A DNA stretch of 64,000 bases from Syntrophales bacterium. GTDB lineage: Bacteria; Desulfobacterota; Syntrophia; Syntrophales; UBA2210. Position numbers and translations under genes: made by a program. The notes beneath the pieces were generated by a model that saw only the letters and a list, made by a program, of their open reading frames with translations, did not search any database and was not told the origin of the DNA. Below, piece after piece: positions 1 through 9,523 of this stretch. The stretch's first letter is position 1; each line of letters opens with the position of its first letter. The stretch lies in the NCBI GenBank assembly GCA_963666365.2, contig CAXXNF010000002.1:1088001-1152000 (forward strand). The letters run 5' to 3'.

Positions 1-277
1 CATATTTGCCCCAGAGTGGGTCATTGCCAAATTGCCGCCACCACCATCTGTCAAATTCGGTCCAGGGATCGAGCACGCCGAACTCTTCTTTCATTAAAAA
101 CGCATAGGCCTTGTTTATATCCTGCATCGTAATATGGGCTTCCTGATCGGGATTGACGTCGGGATGCCATATTTTTGCGAGTTCCCGATATTTGGTCTTG
201 GCGTCCTCGGCTGTAGCCCGTCTGGTGATACCTAATGTTTTCCTTGCCTTCTCTACTTTGAGATTCCGATTTTCCAC
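1..277 (-). CDS. Small DnaJ (J-domain) protein, 3' end runs off the window
   Basis: Not in the ORF track. Manual translation from GTG 277: MENRNLKVEKARKTLGI...KTKYRELAKIWHPDVNPDQEAHITMQDINKAYAFL...WWWRQFGNDPLWG; HPD motif in a J-domain context. Confidence 0.85.
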   Translation of the reverse strand, partial: MENRNLKVEKARKTLGITRRATAEDAKTKYRELAKIWHPDVNPDQEAHITMQDINKAYAFLMKEEFGVLDPWTEFDRWWWRQFGNDPLWGKY

Positions 278-283
278 GTTAAC

Positions 284-730
284 TCATTTCTCTCTCAAAT
301 CTTTTTTTTTACCAATAATGCTATATAAGGCCGCGTCATAAGGGTCGTTACTGGCAAAGATTTCATCACCGGTGACACCAAGCATGTAGTCCGACTGGAC
401 GGTAAAGTATTCAGCAACCGCACGTTCTATTTGTTCCAAATCCTTATGCTGCATCAAGTTCATATAGGAATCGCGATTTTTTGATCGTTCTTTATAAAAT
501 GCTGACTGGGGATTGAGCAGCATGACAATAATCTTTCCCGAAGGACGTAATGCCGCAGCCGATTTTTGTAGGGCTTGCCGGTAATCTTCTATAAATTGCA
601 GTGACGCCACATAGATAACCGCGTCAAAGGAGGACTGCGGAAAGGACATATCCTCCGCCCGTCCAACAACGGTTCTTACTGTGTCGGGCGCGCACTTCAA
701 GGCTTCCTGCGAAATGTCCAGCCCCGTCAC
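284..730 (-). pseudogene. Class I SAM-dependent methyltransferase, 5'-truncated
   Basis: VTGLDIS...AEDMSFPQSSFDAVIYVASLQFIED motifs are present. Motif I (GxGxG) is missing, and the frame hits TGA about 16 codons upstream with no start codon. Confidence 0.6.
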
Positions 731-1005
731 ATGAAATCCATTTTCGAATCGGTCGTGAAAATCTTCACTATCAGCCTTTCAAAATATTTTCTTTCATTTT
801 TTTTGGCTACGCCTATAGCCTTCTTGCATGATACTCACCCAGGATTTCCACTGTAAAAAACCAGCAGCCCTGACATTTTTTTCGGACTTCTTTACCGTAC
901 CTTGGTTTATTTTTTCTAAGGTCCCACATATAGAAGACGGGATATCATATGTCAAGATAAAAGCGACCTTCAAGAGGGTGTTAATATATTGAATATATTT
1001 ATTAT

Positions 1006-1047
1006 TTGTCGGGTCGGCAGGATTTGCACCTGCGACATCCTGCTCCC
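1006..1047 (-). repeat. Degenerate direct repeat of the 3' half of tRNA-Pro (att-like site)
   Basis: ttgtcgggtcggcaggatttgcacctgcgacatcctgctccc matches 2101-2142 at 39/42 nt. Confidence 0.9.
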
Positions 1048-1239
1048 CAAAAAGTTGTCCTTAGGGACTTTTAACTTTATATCTATCTAAATACATTAAG
1101 TATTTCCGTTCACCTGGTTTTAAGTAGCTCCTATACATAGTGTGAATAATATCATATGCTTGTGCATACCTTCGTTTGCTGAGGGGAGAAATAGGGGAGA
1201 AAATATATCCAATTGATATAATTACTTACAGATTTCAGT

Positions 1240-1268
1240 TTGACAAATTATTCCCTGTAGGCTATATT
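1240..1268 (+). promoter_or_regulatory. Sigma70 promoter of the TA operon
   Basis: TTGACA(1240-1245)-17 bp-TATATT(1263-1268), 6 nt before ATG 1275. Confidence 0.8.
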
Positions 1269-1274
1269 CCTCTC

Positions 1275-1637
1275 ATGGCATGGAATGTTGAATACACAGA
1301 TGAATTCGCAGAATGGTGGGATACTCTGGAAGAAGATGAACAAATCGATGTCGATGCCGTTGTGGGACTGTTAGAAGAAAAGGGGCCACATCTTTCATAT
1401 CCTTACAGTTCCGATATCAAGGGAAGTAAATATGGTTCATTAAGAGAATTACGGATTCAGCATAAAGGAATGCCTTACAGAGTGCTATACGTCTTTGATT
1501 CTCGAAGAACGGCAATTCTTCTCATAGGAGGCAAAAAGACCGGTGATGATAGATGGTATGCCAGCTATGTTCCGATTGCAGAAAAAATCTATGAGGATCA
1601 CATTCAAGCGCTTAAGAAAGAGAAAGGAAACAAATAA
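1275..1637 (+). CDS. higB: Type II toxin, RelE/ParE superfamily (HigB/Gp49-like)
   Basis: MAWNVEYTDEFAEWW...GPHLSYPYSSDIKGSKYGSLRELRIQHKGMPYRVLYVFDSRRTAILLIGGKKTG; toxin-first order. ATG 1275 preferred over TTG 1176. Confidence 0.9.
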   Translation: MAWNVEYTDEFAEWWDTLEEDEQIDVDAVVGLLEEKGPHLSYPYSSDIKGSKYGSLRELRIQHKGMPYRVLYVFDSRRTAILLIGGKKTGDDRWYASYVPIAEKIYEDHIQALKKEKGNK

Positions 1638-1951
1638 TGGCAAAGCCATATAAGACATTAAGAGATAGGATGTCTCCCGAGGCAAGAAAAAAGGCTGCCG
1701 AAAAAACAAAGAACATGCTTGAAGTGATGCCGCTTCAGGAACTTCGCAATGCACGACACCTAAGTCAGGAACAATTGGCGAAAACATTGTCTGTCAAACA
1801 GTCTTCGGTATCGAAACTTGAACAGCGGACCGACATGTATATCAGTACGTTGAGGAACTTCATAAAAGCAATGGGTGGAGATTTGGAAATAATCGCCCGG
1901 TTCCCGGATGGAGAAATTCTGATTAATCAGTTTGAAGACATTGAAAAATAG
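1637..1951 (+). CDS. higA: XRE-family HTH antitoxin (HigA-like)
   Basis: LQELRNARHLSQEQLAKTLSVKQSSVSKLEQRTDMYISTLRNFIKAMGGDLEI; TAATG overlap with the toxin. Confidence 0.9.
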   Translation: MAKPYKTLRDRMSPEARKKAAEKTKNMLEVMPLQELRNARHLSQEQLAKTLSVKQSSVSKLEQRTDMYISTLRNFIKAMGGDLEIIARFPDGEILINQFEDIEK

Positions 1952-2100
1952 TCCGGGAAAATGAAATGATAATCTCCCCTTGCCCCTCTTTTTCAAAGAG
2001 AGGTATTACTGCAACTTTCCCCCAGGACTCCCGCACCAAATTCGCACCACTTTTCCGAGGCAAAATATTTTTATAAGTAATTAATATTATAATATAAAAC

Positions 2101-2177
2101 TGGTCGGGGCGGCAGGATTTGAACCTGCGACATCCTGCTCCCAAAGCAGGCGCGCTACCAGGCTGCGCTACGCCCCG
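2101..2177 (-). tRNA. tRNA-Pro(UGG)
   Basis: cggggcgtagcgcagcctggtagcgcgcctgctTGGgagcagg...ggttcaaatcc...ccccgacca; cloverleaf with encoded CCA. Confidence 0.97.
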
Positions 2178-2196
2178 ACAGGGTGCATCTAGTTGA

Positions 2197-2790
2197 TTAC
2201 AGGTCGGATTGCAAGCTTTTTTTCAGTTTTTCGAAGGCTTTTCCTCGATGGCTGATCTTGTTTTTTATGCGCGGATCAAGTTCGGCCACGGTCTTATTGC
2301 ACTCAGGCACCACAAAGACGGGATCGTAGCCGAAGCCCTCGGTACCTTGGGGGGTGAGATCGATATACCCTTCCAGGCTTCCCTCATATGATTTGTAATC
2401 TCCGTCGGGATTGTACAGGACGAGTACACATTTAAAGGCTGCGGTTCTCTTCTCTTTCGGAACGCCCGCAAGATCCATGAGCAGTTTTTCGATATTGCGT
2501 TCATCCGTCGCGTTCGGTCCGGAATAGCGTGCAGAATAGACCCCCGGCCGACCTTCGAGATAATCGACCGCCAGGCCGGAATCGTCGGCAATGGTCACAA
2601 AACCGGTGTATTCGGAGATAGTCCTGGCTTTTTTCAGAGCATTTTCGAAGAAACTGTCTCCGTCTTCAATGACATCGGGGGCATCAGGATAATCGTTCAT
2701 CGAGAGAAGATCGATACCGGCATTCTTAAGCAGCGCCTTGACTTCTCTTATTTTTCCTTTGTTTTTAGAGGCAAAAACAATCTTCTTCAG
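2197..2790 (-). CDS. rdgB: XTP/dITP diphosphatase (Ham1 family), probable CTG start
   Basis: [22 protein letters not shown] and KISHRGKA motifs. The conserved N-terminus [15 protein letters not shown] lies upstream of the tracked ATG 2700. Confidence 0.93.
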   Translation of the reverse strand: MKKIVFASKNKGKIREVKALLKNAGIDLLSMNDYPDAPDVIEDGDSFFENALKKARTISEYTGFVTIADDSGLAVDYLEGRPGVYSARYSGPNATDERNIEKLLMDLAGVPKEKRTAAFKCVLVLYNPDGDYKSYEGSLEGYIDLTPQGTEGFGYDPVFVVPECNKTVAELDPRIKNKISHRGKAFEKLKKSLQSDL

Positions 2791-3512
2791 CGTAATTCTC
2801 CCAAAATTTCCCGCTGCCTGTCGATCAGTTCTTCGATTCCCTTCATTGCCAGATCGATCATCCTGTCCAGGATCTCTCTCTCGAAAGGTGTCTGCTCGGC
2901 CGTCCCCTGAATCTCGACTATCTTGCCCTCCCCTGTGATGACAAAATTCGCGTCGACCCCGGCCTGAGAATCTTCTTTGTAATCCAGATCGAGCAATATT
3001 TGGTTCTCCACTACCCCCACACTGACGGCGGCCACAAAATCCCTGAGGGGGTTTTTTTCGAGCCGCCCTTCCCTCAACAGACTCTTGAAAAGTTCCGCCA
3101 CCGCGATAAGTCCGCCTGTAATCGATGCCGTCCGCGTACCGCCGTCCGCCTGAATCACATCGCAGTCGACATAGACCGTTCGTTCTCCAAGGGCTTCAAG
3201 ATCGGTCACTGCGCGCAGCGATCGTCCGATGAGTCTCTGTATCTCAAGGGTACGCCCGCCCTGCTTGCCCCGTGCCGATTCGCGTGTATTTCTCGTGGGC
3301 GTCGACATGGGAAGCATCGAATACTCCGCCGTGAGCCAGCCTTGTCCGCTTTCCGCGAGAAAAGGAGGCACGCGGTCTTCGATCGAAGCGGCGCAGAGTA
3401 CCCTGGTGTTACCCATCTCGATCACTACCGATCCCGCCGTAGTAGTCAGAAAGCCGTTGGCAAGGGTCAGCGGCCTCAATTCATCGTGAGTTCTGTTATA
3501 TGATCGACTCAT
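2787..3512 (-). CDS. rph: Ribonuclease PH
   Basis: [41 protein letters not shown]. Confidence 0.97.
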   Translation of the reverse strand: MSRSYNRTHDELRPLTLANGFLTTTAGSVVIEMGNTRVLCAASIEDRVPPFLAESGQGWLTAEYSMLPMSTPTRNTRESARGKQGGRTLEIQRLIGRSLRAVTDLEALGERTVYVDCDVIQADGGTRTASITGGLIAVAELFKSLLREGRLEKNPLRDFVAAVSVGVVENQILLDLDYKEDSQAGVDANFVITGEGKIVEIQGTAEQTPFEREILDRMIDLAMKGIEELIDRQREILGELR

Positions 3513-4219
3513 AATGATCCCGCCGATGAAAAATATTCTTCGATGCTTTTGGAAATGGCTTTGGCGATGTCCTTTTGTGTATCTTTTTCCAACAGCATGT
3601 TGCGGTTTTTGACATTGGTGGCAAAGCCCAATTCAATCAACACTGCCGGCATTTGAATATCCTGCAGTACGGCAACGGGGGCGCCTCTCAGCCCTCGTCC
3701 CTGCCTGACAAAGACTTTTCCCAATTCCCTTTGCACAATGTTGGAAAAGCGAATGCTGTCGTTTAGACACTTGGTTTCAATCATGTCGTTCACGACATTC
3801 TTTGAGGTGTGCTTCTCCGACTTTGCCGAATCGAAACCCCTGAAATATACTTCGTATCCCAAAGATTTAGTTCCAAACCCCGCATTGACATGGAGACTGA
3901 CAAAAAGGTCGGCTTTTGCCGACTGCGCCGCCTTTTTTCGGTCTTTAACGGCAACCGAACGGTCATCTGACCGGGTCAGTACCACCTTTATTGCCTTTTG
4001 GGGGGAAAGAATTTCCTCTATCCTCTTTCCGATGGAGAGAACAACCATCGCCTCGGTGACACTTTTCGATAATTCAATGCCCTGTTCCTGTCCCCCATGG
4101 CCGGGATCTATCATAACGCAATATTCGGCGGCCCATGCCGAAAAGAAACTTCCCATCCCTAAAAGCCCGATAAGAATCACGAGCCCGGTCCACAGCAATA
4201 ATAGTTTTTCTCTGTTCAT
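3509..4219 (-). CDS. N-acetylmuramoyl-L-alanine amidase (Amidase_3), exported
   Basis: Signal peptide, [21 protein letters not shown]. Confidence 0.9.
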   Translation of the reverse strand: MNREKLLLLWTGLVILIGLLGMGSFFSAWAAEYCVMIDPGHGGQEQGIELSKSVTEAMVVLSIGKRIEEILSPQKAIKVVLTRSDDRSVAVKDRKKAAQSAKADLFVSLHVNAGFGTKSLGYEVYFRGFDSAKSEKHTSKNVVNDMIETKCLNDSIRFSNIVQRELGKVFVRQGRGLRGAPVAVLQDIQMPAVLIELGFATNVKNRNMLLEKDTQKDIAKAISKSIEEYFSSAGSL

Positions 4220-4316
4220 TGTGCCCTGTTTCATAAAAAATGGATTCAATCTCAAGGTGCGCTTAATACCGCACACACCTTCGTGCTGTCAATGTCTGCC
4301 CTGTGAAATTTTCTCT

Positions 4317-6503
4317 TTAATGTGCCCGCCGCCCCGCTTTTTCAAAAGGTTCCCGCAGTCTTTCAATGGAAAGAACGCTGTTGAGCTTCTTCAGCTGCGC
4401 CACAAGCCTGTTGTATTGATTCAGGTCACTTACATTTAACTGAAAGTCCAGATTTGCCCTGTTGTCAGGAAAGGTGTTTACGTCGGCATAGCTTATATTA
4501 ATACCGAGCGCGGATATCACATTGCTCAATTCAGCAAGAAGCCCCTTTTTGTCCTTGCATGCTATGCGAATATTCACGGGGTAGGTCTGCCCTACTTCAA
4601 CCTCCCACTTTACGTCCAGCATGCGATCGGGATCCATTCCCTTCACCTGAGGACAGCTCGCCTGATGTACGCTCACGCCCCTTCCCCGCGTGATATATCC
4701 CACAATGTCATCACCGGGGAGCGGGCTGCAGCATCTTGCAAATCGGACAAGCATGTCATCGACGCCCTTGACCGATATGCCGGCGCCGGAGGTTTTTTTA
4801 AACCTCTTCTTCAGTTTATCGAGGATGCCTGCTTCAACGTCTTCTTCATTTTCGCGCTCCTCTTCTTCGAAAACCTTATTGAGCACATAGTGCGCCGACA
4901 TTTTGCCGTAGCCGATAAGGGCAAGCAGATCATCCAGCGTCGACAGTGACTGATCTTCCAGCAGGAGCTTGAATCCTTCCGATTTTACCACCTTGTTGAG
5001 CGCTATACGTCGTTTTTTCAGCTCCCGCTCGAAAATATCCCTGCCAAGTGCAACGCTGCGTTCTTTTTCTTCTGTTTTGATCCACTGCTTTATCTTTGAG
5101 ATCGCCCTGGAGGTAACGGCATACTTCAGCCAGTCTTTACTGGGAAAATGACCGGGTTGCGTCATAATCTGTATGGTGTCGCCGTTTTGCAGCTGATATT
5201 TCAGGGGCACAATGGCCCTGTTTACCTTGGCGCCCACGCACCTGTTTCCCACATCTGTATGAATACTGTAGGCAAAATCGATGGGGGTCGCCCCTTTCGG
5301 AAAAGATTTGACGTCTCCCGTCGGGGTAAATACGTAGACCTCGTCGGGATAGAGGGCGAGTTTAAGGTTTCTCATAAACTCGCGGGCATCTTTATATTCC
5401 TGCTGTGCGTCCAGTAATTCCCTCAGTTGCTGTATCTGCCTGTCTTCATCCTGCGAATAAGGTTCCCCCTCTTTGTAGCGCCAGTGGGCGGCGATGCCGT
5501 TTTCCGCCCATCCGTCCATCTCTTTTGTACGTATCTGGATTTCTACGCGTTCTCCATAGGGACCGATCACCGTGGTATGAAGTGACCGGTAGTTGTTCGC
5601 CTTGGGCATGGCAATGTAATCTTTGAATCTCCCGGGCACCGGTTTCCACAGCGCGTGTACCACGCTGAGCGCCTCATAGCACCCCCTCTCCTTGTCCGTA
5701 TCGAGGATGATTCGAAAGGCGCTGAGATCATAGACTTCGTCAAAATTGATGTGCTGTTCACGCATTTTTTTATAGATGCTGTAAAAATGCTTCGCCCTTC
5801 CCTTGACGGTGCCTTTCAGGCCATATTCTGACATCCTTTTTCGAATGATATCTATAACCTCTTTCGTGTAGGTTTCGCGCTCTGTCTTTTTCTTTGCGAC
5901 GCGATCGATCAGATCGTTATATCCTTCAGGGTGGAGATATTTGAAAGCCAGGTCTTCCAGCTCGATCTTTATCCAGTTGATTCCAAGGCGACTTGCCAGA
6001 GGTGCATATACTTCAAGCGTTTCCCGCGAAATGTAGACCTGTTTTTCCTGTGTGTGATATTCAAGTGTGCGCATGTTGTGCATGCGGTCAGCAAGCCTTA
6101 CCAGCAGAATACGTATATCGGCCGACATGGCCATAATCATTTTTCTGAAATTTTCCGCCTGCTGTTCGACTTGACTTTCAAACACAATCTTACTTAATTT
6201 TGTCAGCCCATCGACAAGGAAGGCCACCTCCTTGCCGAAAAACTCTTCGATCTGTTCCAGGGACGTCAGCGTATCTTCCACCGTGTCATGAAGGAGCCCC
6301 GTGATAATGGTGGCAACATCAAGCCTCATCTTTACCAGTGTCCAGGTGACTTCCAGCGGATGAATCAGGTAGGGCTCTCCGGACAAACGCACCTGACCCT
6401 GGTGAACCGATGCGGAAAAGATGTAGGCCTTCTCTATCATCTCCACTTCAGCCTGGGGGATGTATTTCTGGGCTTCATCGATTATGTCCGTTATTCGTAT
6501 CAT
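4317..6503 (-). CDS. spoT: Bifunctional (p)ppGpp synthetase/hydrolase (Rel/SpoT)
   Basis: HD domain (LHDTVEDT), synthetase (RFKDYIAMPKANNYRSLHTT), TGS (GATPIDFAYSIHT) and ACT domains. Confidence 0.96.
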   Translation of the reverse strand: MIRITDIIDEAQKYIPQAEVEMIEKAYIFSASVHQGQVRLSGEPYLIHPLEVTWTLVKMRLDVATIITGLLHDTVEDTLTSLEQIEEFFGKEVAFLVDGLTKLSKIVFESQVEQQAENFRKMIMAMSADIRILLVRLADRMHNMRTLEYHTQEKQVYISRETLEVYAPLASRLGINWIKIELEDLAFKYLHPEGYNDLIDRVAKKKTERETYTKEVIDIIRKRMSEYGLKGTVKGRAKHFYSIYKKMREQHINFDEVYDLSAFRIILDTDKERGCYEALSVVHALWKPVPGRFKDYIAMPKANNYRSLHTTVIGPYGERVEIQIRTKEMDGWAENGIAAHWRYKEGEPYSQDEDRQIQQLRELLDAQQEYKDAREFMRNLKLALYPDEVYVFTPTGDVKSFPKGATPIDFAYSIHTDVGNRCVGAKVNRAIVPLKYQLQNGDTIQIMTQPGHFPSKDWLKYAVTSRAISKIKQWIKTEEKERSVALGRDIFERELKKRRIALNKVVKSEGFKLLLEDQSLSTLDDLLALIGYGKMSAHYVLNKVFEEEERENEEDVEAGILDKLKKRFKKTSGAGISVKGVDDMLVRFARCCSPLPGDDIVGYITRGRGVSVHQASCPQVKGMDPDRMLDVKWEVEVGQTYPVNIRIACKDKKGLLAELSNVISALGINISYADVNTFPDNRANLDFQLNVSDLNQYNRLVAQLKKLNSVLSIERLREPFEKAGRRAH

Positions 6504-6546
6504 ACACCGTCGTCCTTACGACTGCGGCGACAATAGTGCGGCTCAA

Positions 6547-8274
6547 TCACGCTTCACATTCCTTCATCAGTCCATTCACCGCATTTACAACAAAATCCTC
6601 CGCGTCTTTAAGAGGAACGACTACCATATCTCCCGATTTTCTGAATTGTACCTCCAGCGACCCTTCCGCTAACCGTTTTGCACCGATGGTAACCCGCAGG
6701 GGTATTCCTATCAGATCGGCATCCTTGAACTTTACACCTGCCCGCTCGTCTCTGTCGTCCAGTACCACCTCCAAACCGCGATCCATCAGTTTCTTATAGA
6801 GGTCTTCAGCTGCCTGGGACAGTCTGTCGTCCCCCACGTGTACCGGCGTAATAATCACCTGGAAGGGTGCTATCGACAGGGGCCATATAATGCCGTTATC
6901 ATCGTGACTCTGTTCAATGCAGGCTGCGGCGGTTCTGTTGACTCCTATGCCATAGCATCCCATGATCATTGGTTTTTCTTTGCCGTCGCTGTCGAGAAAT
7001 GCCGCATTCATGGCCTTGCTGTATTTTGTCCCCAGCTTGAACACGTGTCCCACCTCAATGCCGCGGGCAAAGTTAATTCCCCCGCCACATCGGGGACAGC
7101 AGTCCGTTTCCGTGACGACCTTAAGGTCGGCATAGTCGGTAATGGTAAAATCCCTTTTGGCATTGCAGTGCTTCATGTGATAGTTCTCTTTATTGGCGCC
7201 TACCACAAAATTTTTCATGTTGATCAGCGAATAGTCCGCAACGATCCGGCACTTGATCCCTACAGGACCGGCAAATCCCCGGGGTGATCCCGTCGCTTCA
7301 AGGATTACGTCGTCCATTGCAAGCTCAAGGCTTTCGGCGCCGAGATAATTGTTGAGCTTGATCTCGTTGACTTCTTCGTCTCCTCGAATAAGAACTGCCA
7401 CAGGGGTTCCGTCCGCCACGAATATCAGGGTCTTTACGACCTGGGCAGGAGTGACCTTAAAAAAAGCACACACCTCTTCGATGGTTCTCACATCGGGCGT
7501 ATGCACTTCTTCGAGCAGAAGGAGATCCGCCTCGTTTACAGGATGTGTTTCCGGTTTGGCCACCTCGGCTTTTTCCAGATTCGCCGCATAGGTACAGGCG
7601 GTGCAATAGACCATCGCATCTTCTCCCGTATCGGCGGTTACCATGAATTCATGGGAAAAGCTTCCCCCTATGTTGCCGCTGTCCGCCTCTACCGCTCTAA
7701 AATGAAGCCCGCACCGCGTAAATATGCGTTCATAGGCCTTGAACATTTTCTGATAGCTGATCCCCGCACCATCTTCGTCGCAATCGAAGCTGTAGGCGTC
7801 TTTCATGCTGAATTCTCTGCTTCGCATGACACCGAAGCGAGGACGTATCTCGTCTCTGAACTTGGTCTGAATCTGATAGAGGTTTACAGGCAACTGCCGG
7901 TAGGTTTGTATCTCATTTCGCACTATTTCCGTGATCACCTCTTCATGAGTCGGTCCTATGCAGTAATCCCTGTTGTGACGATCCTTGAACCGCAGCAGTT
8001 CCTTTCCGTATTTGTTCCATCGCCCCGACTCCTGCCACAGCTCTGCAGGCTGCACTGCCGGCATGAACACCTCCTGTGCCCCGGCACGGTCCATCTCCTC
8101 GCGAATAATCTCTTCAATTTTCTTTATCGTACGATAGCCGAGGGGAAGATAGGAATAGATCCCACCGGCCAATTTCCGTATCATGCCCGCCCTCAGCATC
8201 AACTGATGACTGACAATTTCCGCATCTGCAGGCGTTTCCTTTGTCGTAGGCAAAAACATCTCCGAATAGCGCAT
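6547..8274 (-). CDS. proS: Prolyl-tRNA synthetase with insertion editing domain
   Basis: GPTHEE, QIQTKFRDEIRPRFGVMRSREF, GIEVGHVFKLG, MGCYGIG. Confidence 0.97.
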   Translation of the reverse strand: MRYSEMFLPTTKETPADAEIVSHQLMLRAGMIRKLAGGIYSYLPLGYRTIKKIEEIIREEMDRAGAQEVFMPAVQPAELWQESGRWNKYGKELLRFKDRHNRDYCIGPTHEEVITEIVRNEIQTYRQLPVNLYQIQTKFRDEIRPRFGVMRSREFSMKDAYSFDCDEDGAGISYQKMFKAYERIFTRCGLHFRAVEADSGNIGGSFSHEFMVTADTGEDAMVYCTACTYAANLEKAEVAKPETHPVNEADLLLLEEVHTPDVRTIEEVCAFFKVTPAQVVKTLIFVADGTPVAVLIRGDEEVNEIKLNNYLGAESLELAMDDVILEATGSPRGFAGPVGIKCRIVADYSLINMKNFVVGANKENYHMKHCNAKRDFTITDYADLKVVTETDCCPRCGGGINFARGIEVGHVFKLGTKYSKAMNAAFLDSDGKEKPMIMGCYGIGVNRTAAACIEQSHDDNGIIWPLSIAPFQVIITPVHVGDDRLSQAAEDLYKKLMDRGLEVVLDDRDERAGVKFKDADLIGIPLRVTIGAKRLAEGSLEVQFRKSGDMVVVPLKDAEDFVVNAVNGLMKECEA

Positions 8275-8357
8275 TACTCCTCCTGTATATGCAAAAGGGC
8301 CGAGAGCTCAAGAATTCGAGGATTCGAGTAGCGGGGGGTTCACTTGAATCGCCGGAC

Positions 8358-9431
8358 TTAAACGCCCTTTGCTCCTTTCAGCATGGCATCAATTTCGTCC
8401 ATCAGGACGTGCACAAAATCTTTTTCCTCTATCTTTTTGGTAATTTTACCCTTTTTAAAAAGCACTCCCGAGTGCCGACCGCCGGCAATGCCGATATCCG
8501 CCTCCGCGGCCTCGCCGGGCCCATTGACCACACATCCCATGAGAGCGATCTTGATGTGTTCCTTCATGCCGAAAAGGCGCCGTTCCACTTCATCGACCAG
8601 TGCAGGGAGATCTATCTCACAACGGCCGCAGGTCGGACATGAAATGATATCGGGTCCCACTTTGCGCATATTCAGGGCGCCCAGAATTCCGTACGCAACG
8701 GAGACTTCATTTACGGGATCGCCGGTAATCGATACACGGATGGTATCGCCGATTCCTTCATAGAGAAGCGCTCCCAGACCAATGGAAGATTTTATGGTGG
8801 AACGCAGCAATCCGCCGGCCTCGGTCACTCCCAGATGAAGCGGATAGTCCGTTTTTTGCGAAATTTCGCGGTAGGCCTCAATCATTGTGGCAACATCGGA
8901 AGATTTAAGTGAGAGCTTGATCGCATCAAAATCCTGTTCCTCGAAAAACGCAATGTTTCGAAGCGCACTTTCCACCAACGCCGAAGCAGTGGGGCCTCCG
9001 TGCCTTTTCAGGATATCTTTTTCCAGAGAACCTGCATTGACGCCGATCCTGATGGCGGCATCCCGTTCCCGGGCTGCCTCGATGACCGATCGCAGGTGTT
9101 CCCTGGGCGTGTTTCCCGGATTAATTCTGATCGCATCCACCCCCTGCTCCAGGGCTCTCAAGGCAAGACGATGATTGAAATGGATATCCGCGATCAGTGG
9201 AATATGTATCTGTTTTTTTATCTCGGCCAAAGCTTCTGCAGCAACTATATCGGGAACAGCAAGTCGCACGACTTCGCAGCCTGCCTCTTCCAATCGAACG
9301 ATCTGTGCCACCGTTGCATTGACATCCCTCGTATCGGTACAGGTCATAGATTGTACCACCACAGGGGCGTTACCACCGATTTTTACAGAACCGACTGAAA
9401 TTTCTTTTGTTTTATTTCTCTTATGCGTCAT
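8358..9431 (-). CDS. ispG: HMBPP synthase (IspG/GcpE)
   Basis: VQSMT, PLIADIHF, RINPGN, CPTCGRC, MGCVVNGPGEA. Confidence 0.97.
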   Translation of the reverse strand: MTHKRNKTKEISVGSVKIGGNAPVVVQSMTCTDTRDVNATVAQIVRLEEAGCEVVRLAVPDIVAAEALAEIKKQIHIPLIADIHFNHRLALRALEQGVDAIRINPGNTPREHLRSVIEAARERDAAIRIGVNAGSLEKDILKRHGGPTASALVESALRNIAFFEEQDFDAIKLSLKSSDVATMIEAYREISQKTDYPLHLGVTEAGGLLRSTIKSSIGLGALLYEGIGDTIRVSITGDPVNEVSVAYGILGALNMRKVGPDIISCPTCGRCEIDLPALVDEVERRLFGMKEHIKIALMGCVVNGPGEAAEADIGIAGGRHSGVLFKKGKITKKIEEKDFVHVLMDEIDAMLKGAKGV

Positions 9432-9523
9432 ACAACCTGTCACATGCGCCTTTGTATCGCTTCAGATATAGCATGAATATAAAAGACCGATCAATGATTA
9501 AATATTCAACGCTTTCGTACAGA

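Larger units (their letters stand above)
1006..2142. mobile_element. tRNA-Pro-integrated islet remnant carrying only a type II TA pair
   Basis: Flanked by the tRNA 3' duplication; AT-rich; no integrase inside. Confidence 0.7.

Noticed and set aside
1006..1047. Second tRNA gene
   Set aside because: Only the 3' half is present, with T-loop and CCA-end mismatches
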